A stretch of DNA of 58,438 nt from a virus (IMGVR_UViG_3300037311_000064:1-58438); one strand, 5' to 3'. Shown: positions 45,873 to 55,184, numbered from the stretch's first letter. Program-made: numbers and translations. The notes: generated by a model from the letters alone, not told the origin.

Positions 45873-46129
45873 AAGATAACAGAGTAAAAGTCCAGGTAAT
45901 GCTGGACCTAGAGACAATCAATTTTATTAAAGATGTTGCAAGACTTGCAGGCACAGACCAGAACACGGTGGTCAATGTAATCCTTGCCACAAAACTCCTT
46001 CAGTGGGAAAGGGAAGACAATGACGCCACAAAGAAAAGCTCAGATAAAAGCAGTGATGGAAAGTCACCTAAAAAGCCTAGGTTGGCCAAGCGTGCCAAAC
46101 GCCGATCAACTCGTTCTAAACGAAGTTGA
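45869..46129 (+). CDS. Putative ribbon-helix-helix DNA-binding protein with basic tail
   Basis: VKVQVMLD.ET..FIKDVA...GTDQNTVVNVIL then K/R-rich tail. Confidence 0.45.
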   Translation: MKDNRVKVQVMLDLETINFIKDVARLAGTDQNTVVNVILATKLLQWEREDNDATKKSSDKSSDGKSPKKPRLAKRAKRRSTRSKRS

Positions 46130-46253
46130 GAACATGTTCCGTCTCCTTTTGAAACAGAACCTAGTTTCTTATGGAGACTACGAACAGTTCTACTTAGCCG
46201 CAATCTCTTCCTACGAGCGTGCGCAACTAAGAAAAGCTGGATTTAATGTTTGA
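46020..46253 (+). CDS. Hypothetical protein
   Basis: ATG 46020 (MTPQRK) behind AAGGGA; overlaps previous gene by 110 nt. Confidence 0.5.
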   Translation: MTPQRKAQIKAVMESHLKSLGWPSVPNADQLVLNEVENMFRLLLKQNLVSYGDYEQFYLAAISSYERAQLRKAGFNV

Positions 46254-46278
46254 CAGAAATAGTTAAGTATATTATGAT
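46250..46278 (+). promoter_or_regulatory. Near-consensus sigma70 promoter
   Basis: TTGACA-17 bp-TATGAT upstream of AAA ATPase. Confidence 0.75.
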
Positions 46279-46297
46279 TTTAGGATCGAGGTAATAA

Positions 46298-47212
46298 ATG
46301 AAGAAAGATAGAAGCTACGACGGTTACTCAAAAGAGAACGACAAGTATTACATCACACGAAGGGTACACAATAAGCAGGATGAGCTTCTGCCAGGTATCT
46401 ACCGTATTGATTTTGACCTAGAGAGAAAGCAGGTTTACCTGTACGAGACTGAGCTTAAGCATGATGAGCTGATTGATCTGCCAAACGCAGAGTATCAAGA
46501 AATCTTGCGAGTTATGGGTCGATTTTTGAAGGTTCGTCAGGGGTATGAGGATCTTGGGTTCTTGTACAAACGAAATGTGCTGATGTACGGTGTACCTGGA
46601 AGTGGTAAGACCTGCCTGGTAAACCGTATTGCTGAAGCTGCCGTTAAAGACAACGAAGCAATCTGCATCTTCATCGACCGAAAGACTGCGCAAGCCGGTG
46701 CCGACGGTGTACAGATGCTGGAGTTTATCCTAAACTGGCTTAAGGATACTAACCCAGACTCTTTGCTAGTTTTGATCTTTGAAGAGATCGATGAGATGAT
46801 CGCTCGAAACGAGCACCAGCTTCTAGTATTCCTCGATGGTCAGATGCAACGGCCAAACACGATCTGCTTGGGAACTACAAACTTCATTCAAAAAGTACCA
46901 CCGCGATTTCTTCGTCCAGGTCGATTTTCACAAACCGTGGAAATCAAGCTTCCTAACTTGACTGCTAGACGCTATTACCTTGAAGTCAAGCTGGGTAAAG
47001 ATTACCCTCACATTGAGCTTTGGTCTAAGAGCAGCAAAGGCATGAGTATTGATGATCTAAAAGAGATTATTCAATCTTGCCACCTGCTACAAGAACCATT
47101 CGAAAGAGTTATCGCACGCCTTCGAAAGACCAAAGGTTTAGCCGGAATGGATGACGAATCTGAAACTGATGATGAATGGATTCCAGATGTTTCTGAAGAG
47201 GCTGAACGATGA
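46298..47212 (+). CDS. AAA+ ATPase
   Basis: YKRNVLMYGVPGSGKT Walker A, LIFEEID Walker B, GTTN, RPGRF. Confidence 0.9.
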   Translation: MKKDRSYDGYSKENDKYYITRRVHNKQDELLPGIYRIDFDLERKQVYLYETELKHDELIDLPNAEYQEILRVMGRFLKVRQGYEDLGFLYKRNVLMYGVPGSGKTCLVNRIAEAAVKDNEAICIFIDRKTAQAGADGVQMLEFILNWLKDTNPDSLLVLIFEEIDEMIARNEHQLLVFLDGQMQRPNTICLGTTNFIQKVPPRFLRPGRFSQTVEIKLPNLTARRYYLEVKLGKDYPHIELWSKSSKGMSIDDLKEIIQSCHLLQEPFERVIARLRKTKGLAGMDDESETDDEWIPDVSEEAER

Positions 47213-47439
47213 TAACAGAGACCTTCTACCTATCGGACGAAAGTAACCTAGAGCGAGCTTGCGAGATAACAGGCTTAGCTCCCGATGAGATAGAAGATGT
47301 GGTTGGTCGTTTTACAAAGACTAGTCACCGATATGGCTCATTACGAGGCGAAGTTGTAATTTTTATTGACGGTAAGGTAGTCATCAGGCATCATTTCAAC
47401 AAGAAGAAGCTATGGGAGGGTTTTTATGAAGACTGTTAA
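47209..47439 (+). CDS. Hypothetical protein
   Basis: 76 aa, ATGA coupling. Confidence 0.5.
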   Translation: MITETFYLSDESNLERACEITGLAPDEIEDVVGRFTKTSHRYGSLRGEVVIFIDGKVVIRHHFNKKKLWEGFYEDC

Positions 47440-47944
47440 AATCAATGGTAGTCGCGCTAAAGGTAGAGAACTTATCGTAGATGATGAGGACTTTGAGTTA
47501 GTAAGTTCTTATAAATGGTATGTAGAGATTGGCGATAGTGGGACTTACGAAAAAGTTCGCGGATACAAAGACGGCAAAAAGGTTTATATTGGCCGTCTAA
47601 TACTGAATCATAATGGTGATAATAATTACCATGTAAACCATAAAAATCATAATGTTTTTGATAATCGCAGGGAGAATCTGGAGCTTATTCACCGCGACGA
47701 AAACAATAGATTTAGAAAAAAGCACACAAGAAACTCTACTGGTTTTAAAGGGGTCACGCGCCACCCTAAAAAGAAAGACAAATTCGTTGCACAAATAGAG
47801 ACAAGAATTAACGGCAGTAGAAAGGCTTATAATCTTGGAACTTTTGATACCGCCGAAGAAGCTGCAAGAGTTTATGATAAGAAGTGTATTGAGTTACAAG
47901 GAAAGTTTGCACTAACTAATTTTCCAAAAGAAGAGTATGTATGA
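47426..47944 (+). CDS. HNH-AP2 homing endonuclease
   Basis: IVDDEDFE, VNHKNHNVFDNRRENL, STGFKGV, LGTFDTAEEAARVYD...G.FA.TNF. Confidence 0.9.
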   Translation: MKTVKINGSRAKGRELIVDDEDFELVSSYKWYVEIGDSGTYEKVRGYKDGKKVYIGRLILNHNGDNNYHVNHKNHNVFDNRRENLELIHRDENNRFRKKHTRNSTGFKGVTRHPKKKDKFVAQIETRINGSRKAYNLGTFDTAEEAARVYDKKCIELQGKFALTNFPKEEYV

Positions 47945-48600
47945 GACATTTCACCAGCGATCATCACTTTTGGCATTCAAATATTCTTAAGTACTGCCCT
48001 AACAGGCAATACGCAAGCGTGGAGGAGATGAATGAAGCTCTTATTGAAAAATGGAACACGGTTGTTAAACCGAGTGACGAGGTATATTACCTTGGTGACT
48101 TCTCCCTCAACACAAGGGCTATCAAAGTTCGAGAGCGCCTTAACGGTACTGTTTATCTTATTCCTGGCAATCACGATAAATGCCATTCAGTAGTTTATAA
48201 GAAAAGCGAAGAGAAAAAGAAAAACAGCTTCAAGCTTTACGAAGATGCTGGATTCATTATCTTGCCAGAAAAGTTTTCTACTGTTTTGCAGCTTAATGAG
48301 CACGCAGCAGAAGAAGACAAGATTGCAGCACAACTTTGCCACCTTCCATATCAAGAAGACCCAAACAGCGAGTATACTCCTCGATTTATGGAGATCAGGC
48401 CAAAGCCAACTATTTTAAATCAAGTCCTTGTACACGGCCATGTACACCAACACTGGCGATCAAAATTATACACTGATCCCAGTTTGGGACAGTTTCCTAT
48501 GATTAATGTTGGCGTGGATGTTTGGAACGAGTATCCGGTACCTGAGACGGCACTTTATATTTTTGCAAAAGGTTTGCTTGACCAGCTAGGTCAAAAGTAG
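47941..48600 (+). CDS. Calcineurin-like metallophosphoesterase
   Basis: FTSDHHFWH, YLGDFS, GNHD, HGHVH, INVGVD. Confidence 0.9.
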   Translation: MRHFTSDHHFWHSNILKYCPNRQYASVEEMNEALIEKWNTVVKPSDEVYYLGDFSLNTRAIKVRERLNGTVYLIPGNHDKCHSVVYKKSEEKKKNSFKLYEDAGFIILPEKFSTVLQLNEHAAEEDKIAAQLCHLPYQEDPNSEYTPRFMEIRPKPTILNQVLVHGHVHQHWRSKLYTDPSLGQFPMINVGVDVWNEYPVPETALYIFAKGLLDQLGQK

Positions 48601-48623
48601 TATTGTCAAAAACAGGAGGGTTT

Positions 48624-48968
48624 ATGAAGATTCATCCAGACAGTCCGGCACCTAAGTCACAAGTAAAAAGGGTAGCAACTCTTATTGGCCTTGATCAGAT
48701 AGACTATGGGGTTTCTTACTCTTTAGTAAAAACTGGTGCCAAAAAAGAATCTAGCCTTGGTTATCCAGATGCTATGGTTGCTATTAAAGAAGGTGAGTTT
48801 GAGCTTGTAGGCGTCAACACTGATGAGGGTTGCCTAGTTTGGCTTGTTGGCTACGAGAGTCGCGGTTTTAATTGGTTTAAGACTAGCCCAGTGAAATCCT
48901 GTAAAAAAATTAAAAACGGATTCCGAATTGAAACTGAAAACTCTTTCTATGAGTTGAGGAAAGTGTGA
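48624..48968 (+). CDS. Hypothetical protein
   Basis: ATG 48624 behind GGAGG and TTGACC-17-TATTGT promoter; TSPV...ETENSFYEL motif. Confidence 0.6.
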   Translation: MKIHPDSPAPKSQVKRVATLIGLDQIDYGVSYSLVKTGAKKESSLGYPDAMVAIKEGEFELVGVNTDEGCLVWLVGYESRGFNWFKTSPVKSCKKIKNGFRIETENSFYELRKV

Positions 48969-49246
48969 GCCAACTCAGGATTCAGTCTAGTCATTTAGCT
49001 CTTCGCTTTTACAAGCACGACGGCTGGACGAAAGAGCTTCTTAATCAGTATCTTCTGTACGGAGAAGTTCTTGATGTTTGGAAAGATCAAGAGGTGCGAG
49101 ATTACTGGTTCTTGAATCACGAAAAGAACTCACACCTTGATATGGAGCGTTTGGTTAAAGATTTGAACCCTAGAGTTTTTAATTGGTCAAACGAAGAGCT
49201 TTCGGGAGAGCAAGCTCTTAGTTATTTAAAAGAGATGAATTGGTAG
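48965..49246 (+). CDS. Hypothetical protein
   Basis: GTGA coupling, GAGG RBS. Confidence 0.55.
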   Translation: MSQLRIQSSHLALRFYKHDGWTKELLNQYLLYGEVLDVWKDQEVRDYWFLNHEKNSHLDMERLVKDLNPRVFNWSNEELSGEQALSYLKEMNW

Positions 49247-49254
49247 GAGGATGC

Positions 49255-49614
49255 ATGAGAATCGGTAAGTATGAGTTTGGGTTGGTAAAACCTTTTGGTT
49301 GGTACAGCTTTCAGAAAGATACTAAATGCCTTTCTGGATGTACTATCTACATGTTTGGGCCGTTCTTTTTCACCATCCTAGCTAATGACTGTATTTCGTA
49401 CATTGAAGGTGAAACTGATGAGTGCATCGTAAAAGTCGAGCCTGTAAAAGAAACTCCGATGATGGGACTAGCAAAGCAGCTTGAGATGGCTATGTACTAT
49501 CCTGACAAGGCTTTGGCTCGTGATCGCAAGCGACAAAGAAAGAAGGTAAACAATGGCAAAGCGCTCCCCAAAAGAAAAAAGAAGCGTGTATCTCGTTCAA
49601 AAAATAAGAGATGA
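49255..49614 (+). CDS. Hypothetical protein with basic C-terminal tail
   Basis: ATG 49255 behind GGAGG. Confidence 0.55.
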   Translation: MRIGKYEFGLVKPFGWYSFQKDTKCLSGCTIYMFGPFFFTILANDCISYIEGETDECIVKVEPVKETPMMGLAKQLEMAMYYPDKALARDRKRQRKKVNNGKALPKRKKKRVSRSKNKR

Positions 49615-49837
49615 GTGGACACACACTTTGGGTATCTTTTCTACCTTTGCCTTAGCTGAAGCCGAGGCGAACAGGTATATTAGTCATTATGGTTTTGAAG
49701 GCTACCCAAAAAAGTTTGAGCGTTATGCTCCGAGTGGTTGGAGAAAACAAACCGCTGATGATGACTGGGGTAGTACCTCTTTCTACATCTTAAAGTATGA
49801 GCTAGATCTTGGTAGCACACAACTGGGAGGTAAGTAG
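49553..49837 (+). CDS. Hypothetical protein
   Basis: VYLV.......TLGIFST..LAE pattern of small phage proteins. Confidence 0.55.
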   Translation: MAKRSPKEKRSVYLVQKIRDEWTHTLGIFSTFALAEAEANRYISHYGFEGYPKKFERYAPSGWRKQTADDDWGSTSFYILKYELDLGSTQLGGK

Positions 49838-50151
49838 TGTTTGAACACGATGGCTTCACCTACACAGAAGCTGAGCTTGCGATGATCAAAGAGCTTCGTT
49901 GCGGAAAAATCTTACACTCTTACCGCGCTCTCGCACGCAAGTTCACCCGAGCAAACCCAGAGTTTGTAAAACGCAACAAGCTTGAAGAGATGGCAGATAA
50001 AGAGTACATGCTAAAAGAGTTAGCTCACGCCATCACCGTTAAAGAAGCAAAAGAGATGACACCTTGGGAAAACGGTAATCAACTGCTTGGTCAAGATCTT
50101 TGCATGGCAGCAGCGAAGTACTATGGAGAGGAAAATGAAGGGGAGTGGTAA
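49837..50151 (+). CDS. Hypothetical protein
   Basis: GGAGG RBS; SYRALA...GNQLLGQDLC.AA motif. Confidence 0.6.
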   Translation: MFEHDGFTYTEAELAMIKELRCGKILHSYRALARKFTRANPEFVKRNKLEEMADKEYMLKELAHAITVKEAKEMTPWENGNQLLGQDLCMAAAKYYGEENEGEW

Positions 50152-50305
50152 CTTAACCATTTTTACCGTAGAAGATGATATCGCTAACATGAAGCGACAC
50201 AGAGATAAGTTCATCAAGGCTATGGGCAAAGAAACCTACAAAAGGTTGCTTAAGAAACTGAAGGATTACAAGAAAGAAAAGGATCTGAAAAATGGACGAG
50301 CCTAA
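50135..50305 (+). CDS. Small basic hypothetical protein
   Basis: ATG 50135 behind GGAGAGG. Confidence 0.45.
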   Translation: MKGSGNLTIFTVEDDIANMKRHRDKFIKAMGKETYKRLLKKLKDYKKEKDLKNGRA

Positions 50306-50495
50306 GTACGGATACATGTGTGCAACTGACTTCAACTGGGAAGTGGGAGAAGCTCTTGGCGGAACAACCGTTTATCCCAGCGTTGAAGACTTAAAGCATC
50401 ACCGCAAGTGCGTTGAGCAGTGCGGCGTCGTAAAGGTTGAGGTAAAGCTCGTTGAGGTCGTAGAGCCAGGTAAAGGTTGGAGGCAAGATGGATAA
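50292..50495 (+). CDS. Hypothetical protein
   Basis: GYMCATDF..E.G.A.GG..VYPS.EDL...RKCV.QCG.V.V pattern. Confidence 0.6.
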   Translation: MDEPKYGYMCATDFNWEVGEALGGTTVYPSVEDLKHHRKCVEQCGVVKVEVKLVEVVEPGKGWRQDG

Positions 50496-50733
50496 CTGTC
50501 CAAAGTGCAAAGTTTCGTGGATTGGAGAACCCATTCCAGAAGACATCGCACATCACTACTCAGGTACACACTGGCGCAGGGAGATTGGTATCGACGGCGG
50601 CATGCTTGGTATCTATGATGGTATCGTTGCCTTAAAATGCCCAGACTGTAAAAACCTATTCCCACAAAATGACTCAGAATGGGCCAAATCAATGTTTTAT
50701 GAATATTTGCTTGCGGTTTCTGAACAAGCATAG
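50488..50733 (+). CDS. Zn-ribbon hypothetical protein
   Basis: CPKC...W.REIGI...YDG....CPDC. Confidence 0.65.
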   Translation: MDNCPKCKVSWIGEPIPEDIAHHYSGTHWRREIGIDGGMLGIYDGIVALKCPDCKNLFPQNDSEWAKSMFYEYLLAVSEQA

Positions 50734-50772
50734 TATAGTGAATTGATCAAGTATCTATAAAGGAGTGCGGAC

Positions 50773-51027
50773 ATGAAGAAGCCAGTGAAGGTAAACCCTT
50801 TTGATCCTATAGAGCCAGGACTACCTATGGAACATTACGATGATGGAACCATCAAGCGTAAGTCTTTAGGGGTGCCGGTTAGGTTGATGATGGCAACTGA
50901 GATTGTTTCCGGTATGTTGGCAAACTCTGAGGTTACTGATAAATTTTCAAACATAGCTAAGCTTGCTTTGGCTATGGCAGATGAGTTGATCAAGCAGCAT
51001 AACGAAGAGATTGAGAGGTTGCCGTGA
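50773..51027 (+). CDS. Hypothetical protein
   Basis: AAGGAG RBS; G...R...A...GMLAN...A..MADELI motif. Confidence 0.65.
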   Translation: MKKPVKVNPFDPIEPGLPMEHYDDGTIKRKSLGVPVRLMMATEIVSGMLANSEVTDKFSNIAKLALAMADELIKQHNEEIERLP

Positions 51028-51182
51028 GTATCTGGGTTTTAGTTTTGATCAGCGGTTTAAATACCTCTCAGATCCAACTCTTTGTTAATACTTTTGACTC
51101 TAAGCAAAAATGCGAAAAAAGAGCTTCAGAAATGTCAGATCACTATAAAAAAGCTTGTATCAAGACTGAGGTCAATAAATGA
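51024..51182 (+). CDS. Small secreted/membrane protein (52 aa, below track cut-off)
   Basis: MSIWVLVLISGL...FDSKQKCE...AC; GTGA and ATGA couplings on both sides. Confidence 0.55.
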   Translation: MSIWVLVLISGLNTSQIQLFVNTFDSKQKCEKRASEMSDHYKKACIKTEVNK

Positions 51183-51337
51183 AGTACTTGCTAGGTAGGA
51201 CTTTCTTTTATATCTTGATGTTGTGGGCTTTCGTGGACCGTGATGTAACGGTAGCTTCGGCTTTGACGATCTATGTGATATCGGTGGTAGCTATCATCTT
51301 CTTGCTATTCAGGGAGATGGAAAAGGAGCAGCTATGA
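51179..51337 (+). CDS. Small two-TM membrane protein (52 aa, below track cut-off)
   Basis: MKYLLGRTFFYILMLWAFVDRDVTVASALTIYVISVVAIIFLLFREMEKEQL; ATGA couplings. Confidence 0.55.
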   Translation: MKYLLGRTFFYILMLWAFVDRDVTVASALTIYVISVVAIIFLLFREMEKEQL

Positions 51338-51666
51338 ACAAGTGGATTTTTTTGACAGCAGCGCTGTCTATAACTTTCATGGGGATGCTACAGATTCCAC
51401 TAATGATTAGAAATAGAGAACTGGCAAGGCAGCTTACCCTCGAAAGGGGCGATGAGGTCGAGATCGTTAAGTTTTCTAGAACCGAGATGGACAACGGCTT
51501 GCTGAACGATTGTAAGGTTACTTATCTTGACCGAGTTGCAGTGAGCACGGACAATGTGGTCTTTTTATTGCTTCAGAACTGCTCGCACCCTTATTTTGCA
51601 GACAAGCAGGTTTGGTACGAGGTTAGACCCTTTTCAACCATAAGGAAAAAGTATGAAACGAAGTGA
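51334..51666 (+). CDS. Membrane-anchored hypothetical protein
   Basis: N-terminal TM helix; AAGGAG RBS. Confidence 0.55.
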   Translation: MNKWIFLTAALSITFMGMLQIPLMIRNRELARQLTLERGDEVEIVKFSRTEMDNGLLNDCKVTYLDRVAVSTDNVVFLLLQNCSHPYFADKQVWYEVRPFSTIRKKYETK

Positions 51667-51943
51667 GGCGCTTAAACTTATCGCAAATCAGTTGGACTTC
51701 TTAAAAGGCCGGTTTCACGGTCTTCGAACCAACTTCTCAGAGTCGGAGCTAAAAGAAGCTGATGTCATCCTGACTACCCTTGAAGACGCTGGCATGCAAC
51801 CGCCCAACATCACGCTTGAGCAGTTGATTCCAACAGCCGACCTAAAACCTGTTTCCGAACCCAAACACTACTATGCGTGCTGGGAACCGGAGACCGAAAA
51901 AGACGAAGACCCTTTCTTGAGCAGATCCAGTGGGGCCGTATGA
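51653..51943 (+). CDS. Hypothetical protein (MKRSE...GM.PP...WE family)
   Basis: Paralogous to the next gene. Confidence 0.6.
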   Translation: MKRSEALKLIANQLDFLKGRFHGLRTNFSESELKEADVILTTLEDAGMQPPNITLEQLIPTADLKPVSEPKHYYACWEPETEKDEDPFLSRSSGAV

Positions 51944-52206
51944 AACGCCCCGAGATGCGAGAGATCATCAGACAAGAACTCCTAAAAACCGTAGGCGGTG
52001 ACGCAGCCAAACACATGGCCGAAGATATCCTCTTTCTAATCGAAAAAGCCGGTATGCGACCACCTTGTTTACCTGACCAATATTGTCAAGCTTTACTTGA
52101 TGTTTACATTGACCCAAACCTAAACCAGTGGGAAGAAGAGGTAGTAAAAGACCAGAAGGTAATGGAAAGAGTAAAGCTAAGGGAAGAATGGAGAAATAAG
52201 CCATGA
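51940..52206 (+). CDS. Hypothetical protein (paralog of preceding gene)
   Basis: MKRPEM...IL..IEKAGMRPP...WE; ATG 51940. Confidence 0.6.
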   Translation: MKRPEMREIIRQELLKTVGGDAAKHMAEDILFLIEKAGMRPPCLPDQYCQALLDVYIDPNLNQWEEEVVKDQKVMERVKLREEWRNKP

Positions 52207-52937
52207 GGGTATACCGGAAGAAGTATGAGACTTTAGTTGGAAAAGTTATAAATGATAGAACTGTAATTAAAGCTTTATCAAAAGGAAGGGTTTTGGTTTC
52301 TTGCAATTCTTGTGGAGAAAAGGCTAATGTAGTAGGGACTAATATTTATAAAGTAAGATGTAAGTGCGTTAGGGAGCCTTATAAAATACACGGTTTTAGT
52401 AGCACTAGTGAGTATATATCTTGGAGATCAATGATTGAAAGATGTACAGACCCTTCACAAAAACATTATAAATTATATGGCGGAGCTGGTATTAAAGTTT
52501 GTGATCGTTGGTTAGATATCAAGAATTTTATGGAGGATATGGGTAAAAAACCAACCCCAAAACACACTTTAGATAGAAAGGATTCTACGAAAGGGTACTT
52601 TCCAGAAAATTGTAGATGGGCCACGCCAGCAGAGCAAGCCAGAAATAGAAAAAGTAATATCCTGGTAGAATTAAATGGTGAAAAGCTTTGTTTAAAAGAT
52701 TACTGCCTTGCTTTAAATGTAAATTACAACTTAGTTCGTCGTAGGTTATCTGAGGGTAAAACTCTTGAAGAAGCTGTTAAACCTATACAAACAGCTTACC
52801 TATCAAAAACATTAGATCCAAAAGAAGTCAAGAAGCTAGTTGACGCTGGTTTAACTTACAAAGAAGTAGCGAATAAACTTGGTGTCAAGTATTGGCATAT
52901 AAAACGGGTGTATCACAAGCTTAAGGGGGTAAAATGA
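52203..52937 (+). CDS. HNH-type homing endonuclease with C-terminal HTH
   Basis: EYISWRSMIERC...YGGAGIKVCDRW...F.EDMG.KP...TLDRKD..KGY.PENCRWAT..EQARN; low GC. Confidence 0.85.
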   Translation: MRVYRKKYETLVGKVINDRTVIKALSKGRVLVSCNSCGEKANVVGTNIYKVRCKCVREPYKIHGFSSTSEYISWRSMIERCTDPSQKHYKLYGGAGIKVCDRWLDIKNFMEDMGKKPTPKHTLDRKDSTKGYFPENCRWATPAEQARNRKSNILVELNGEKLCLKDYCLALNVNYNLVRRRLSEGKTLEEAVKPIQTAYLSKTLDPKEVKKLVDAGLTYKEVANKLGVKYWHIKRVYHKLKGVK

Positions 52938-53194
52938 GCAAGATTAAACCAGGCGATGTGATCAAGCACGAGAAGTTCATGGATGTGTGCTTTTTGGTGT
53001 ATGGAGTTTCTCAGAAGGATGATGGCTTCGGCATTGTCGGATGCTGGATGAACATGGGCTACACCAGATCTTGGATGATCGATAGCGGTCAGATCTTCAT
53101 CAAGCACGAGGATATTCCTAAATGGGCAGTCTGCACCGATGAAGGTTCTAAACCCTGTATCCGGTACTGCACCTGGGTCAGCCTAGCTTCATAA
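52934..53194 (+). CDS. Hypothetical protein
   Basis: 86 aa, last gene before an 800-bp non-coding gap. Confidence 0.55.
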   Translation: MSKIKPGDVIKHEKFMDVCFLVYGVSQKDDGFGIVGCWMNMGYTRSWMIDSGQIFIKHEDIPKWAVCTDEGSKPCIRYCTWVSLAS

Positions 53195-53434
53195 CGCAAC
53201 GCGTCAAATACATACAGTCAGGATAAATATACGGTAGCCTCCTAGAAGCGCACCGTTCGCTTTCAGTTCGCTTTTCCTCGCAGGGGCGGAACTGTACCCC
53301 TATTCTATATTGCTTCAAAGTGTGATGCCTTTAGGAGCGTTTTATCACTAAAGTTTCTCTGAAATCAAATATTTAGCTTCTGAGAACTTTTAAAAAAATT
53401 TAAAAAATATTTGACCTGAAAACTTCTAGATTCA

Positions 53435-53596
53435 CGATAATAATATTATCGACGCACTGCGTCACATACAATTTTTCAAAAAATTATGAGGGAGACCCCT
53501 TAGCACCCAGTCTGGGCCGATCACTGGAAGCAGCCCATCCCCCCGTAATCATTAAGGATTCTCATATTGATACATTCACGATAATATACATTATCG
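53435..53596. repeat. Two copies of palindrome CGATAAT-N3/4-ATTATCG
   Basis: 53435-53451 and 53579-53596, both preceded by ATTCA and followed by A. Confidence 0.75.
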
Positions 53597-53808
53597 AGAG
53601 TTGTCTCATTTTGATACGCGTTTTTCTTTTTTTGAAAATTCTCTATAATGTTTGAATGCGTTTCACCGGATACCCTTTGGAGTCGTTCCAATGCGTCCGA
53701 TTGACAGCGCTGAAACTAGGCATGCATTCGGTCCAGTCTTATCAATCCTTATAATTGACAGCATTGAACCAATCTCATTCTGATACAACATGCCCTTTTT
53801 TGTCACCT

Positions 53809-53948
53809 TGTCTATAAGTTCGACAGCGCTGAAGCTATTGAATTCACTAGGCTATTCTGAAAACGGTATCATTTGACTATAAGTTCAACACTTTCTCAAT
53901 ACGAGAATCCAGTGATTTCAAGCACTTAGCTTTGGCATCGTGCATGCA
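53809..53948 (+). promoter_or_regulatory. sigma54 promoter module 1 (UAS, IHF box, -24/-12)
   Basis: TGG-CATCGTGCAT-GCA (GG 53934-35, GC 53946-47); IHF-like TTTCAAGCACTTA 53916-53928; dyads TGTCTA-N5-TCGACA 53809 and GACTA-N5-TCAACA 53875. Confidence 0.75.
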
Positions 53949-54002
53949 TTCTTATAAGGCAAGACGGTCAAGACGACGGTCAAAACAAAGGAGCGTATCA
54001 CT

Positions 54003-54287
54003 ATGAAACAGAATAATCGTGGACAGGCAGTTTGTGCCTCATTATGGAACGCGATCACTGAAGAACTCACCTTGTCTCAATATGAGAAGACAATGGGTGG
54101 GGACATGTCTTATAAGGCTAAGGCGCTTAAGGCAATGGAAGTGTCTCGTTCTAAGACAGTACAGGCATTGTGTATCGATCTGATACAGGCTTATGAGTAT
54201 CATTTTGAGCCATTGTCTTATAAGGCTGAACTAGATCAATTGAGAACGGCGCTAGGCGCTGATGTCTCAGAATGGGACGGCAACTAA
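54003..54287 (+). CDS. Hypothetical early protein
   Basis: AAAGGAG RBS; downstream of sigma54 promoter. Confidence 0.65.
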   Translation: MKQNNRGQAVCASLWNAITEELTLSQYEKTMGGDMSYKAKALKAMEVSRSKTVQALCIDLIQAYEYHFEPLSYKAELDQLRTALGADVSEWDGN

Positions 54288-54314
54288 CTTTTTTAAAATA
54301 CTTGACAGAATACC

Positions 54315-54341
54315 TCAAGTTTTGAGAAAATAGACCGATAA
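54315..54341 (+). promoter_or_regulatory. sigma28 (FliA)-type promoter 1
   Basis: TCAAGTTTT...ACCGATAA, 15 bp between TCAA and -10. Confidence 0.8.
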
Positions 54342-54392
54342 GAGATAAGAACGGCGGACGATGAACGGACGCCGAAACAAAGGAGTATCAAT

Positions 54393-55184
54393 ATGAGTCA
54401 AATTCAAGTGTTCGATAAGAATCAAGGTTTTAATGTTTCAGAACGATACAAGGCTGTCAATACAGCCCAATTAGTGTCTCATTTTGAGAATGCTGGCTAT
54501 ACGGTGGCAAGTCTCAAAACGAGTCGCGTTCGAAACGCTGAAAAACAAGGGTATCAAAAGCATCTTCTCAGATTGAGACATCCAGACTTGACGCTGAATG
54601 CCTTATCAGGATTGACGCCGGAAATCATTGTCTCAAATTCATACGATGGGACTTCAGCATTTCGTCTCATGATGGGAATTTTCCGCTTGGTCTGTGCGAA
54701 TGGTCTCATTGTGGGACAGGCTTATGAGTCAATTCGAGTCGTTCATGTTGGCGACGCATTGACTAAGGTCTTGGACGCGGCGCATCGTGTTCAAGTCCAG
54801 ACTCAAGAGATCGGGTCTCAAATCGAGACATGGTCCAAGATTGAACTCACTGATTCTCAGATTGAGTCGTTTGCAAGACAGGCCTCAAAACTTATCTTGC
54901 CGTCTCAAGATGATACGAATGTGATTCCCATTGTGAGACATCAAGACTTGCTCCGCGTTCGACGGTCGGACGATCAAGGTCGAGACCTTTGGACAGTGTT
55001 CAATCGCATTCAAGAGAATGCCTTGCAAGGCGGTCTGTCTTATAGTCGAGTCAATGAGACCGGACGCGTTCGAAACATGACAGCGCGTCGAATTCAGGCC
55101 ATTGACAGGTCTGTCCAAGTCAATCGGTCCCTTTGGGACTTAGCGTCTCAGATTGAGACTAAGGGCTTGATCACAGCGGCTTAA
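54393..55184 (+). CDS. DUF932/DUF945 family protein
   Basis: VSERY....T, KHLLRLR, PEIIVSNSYDGTSAF....GIFRLVCANGLIVG, RRSDD...DLWTVFNRIQEN...GG, VNRSLW. Confidence 0.88.
   Translation: MSQIQVFDKNQGFNVSERYKAVNTAQLVSHFENAGYTVASLKTSRVRNAEKQGYQKHLLRLRHPDLTLNALSGLTPEIIVSNSYDGTSAFRLMMGIFRLVCANGLIVGQAYESIRVVHVGDALTKVLDAAHRVQVQTQEIGSQIETWSKIELTDSQIESFARQASKLILPSQDDTNVIPIVRHQDLLRVRRSDDQGRDLWTVFNRIQENALQGGLSYSRVNETGRVRNMTARRIQAIDRSVQVNRSLWDLASQIETKGLITAA

Noticed and set aside
54302-54331. sigma70 promoter from TTGACA at 54302
   Set aside because: No convincing -10 at 16-18 bp; the overlapping sigma28 motif is conserved in four places and explains the site better, though dual use cannot be excluded
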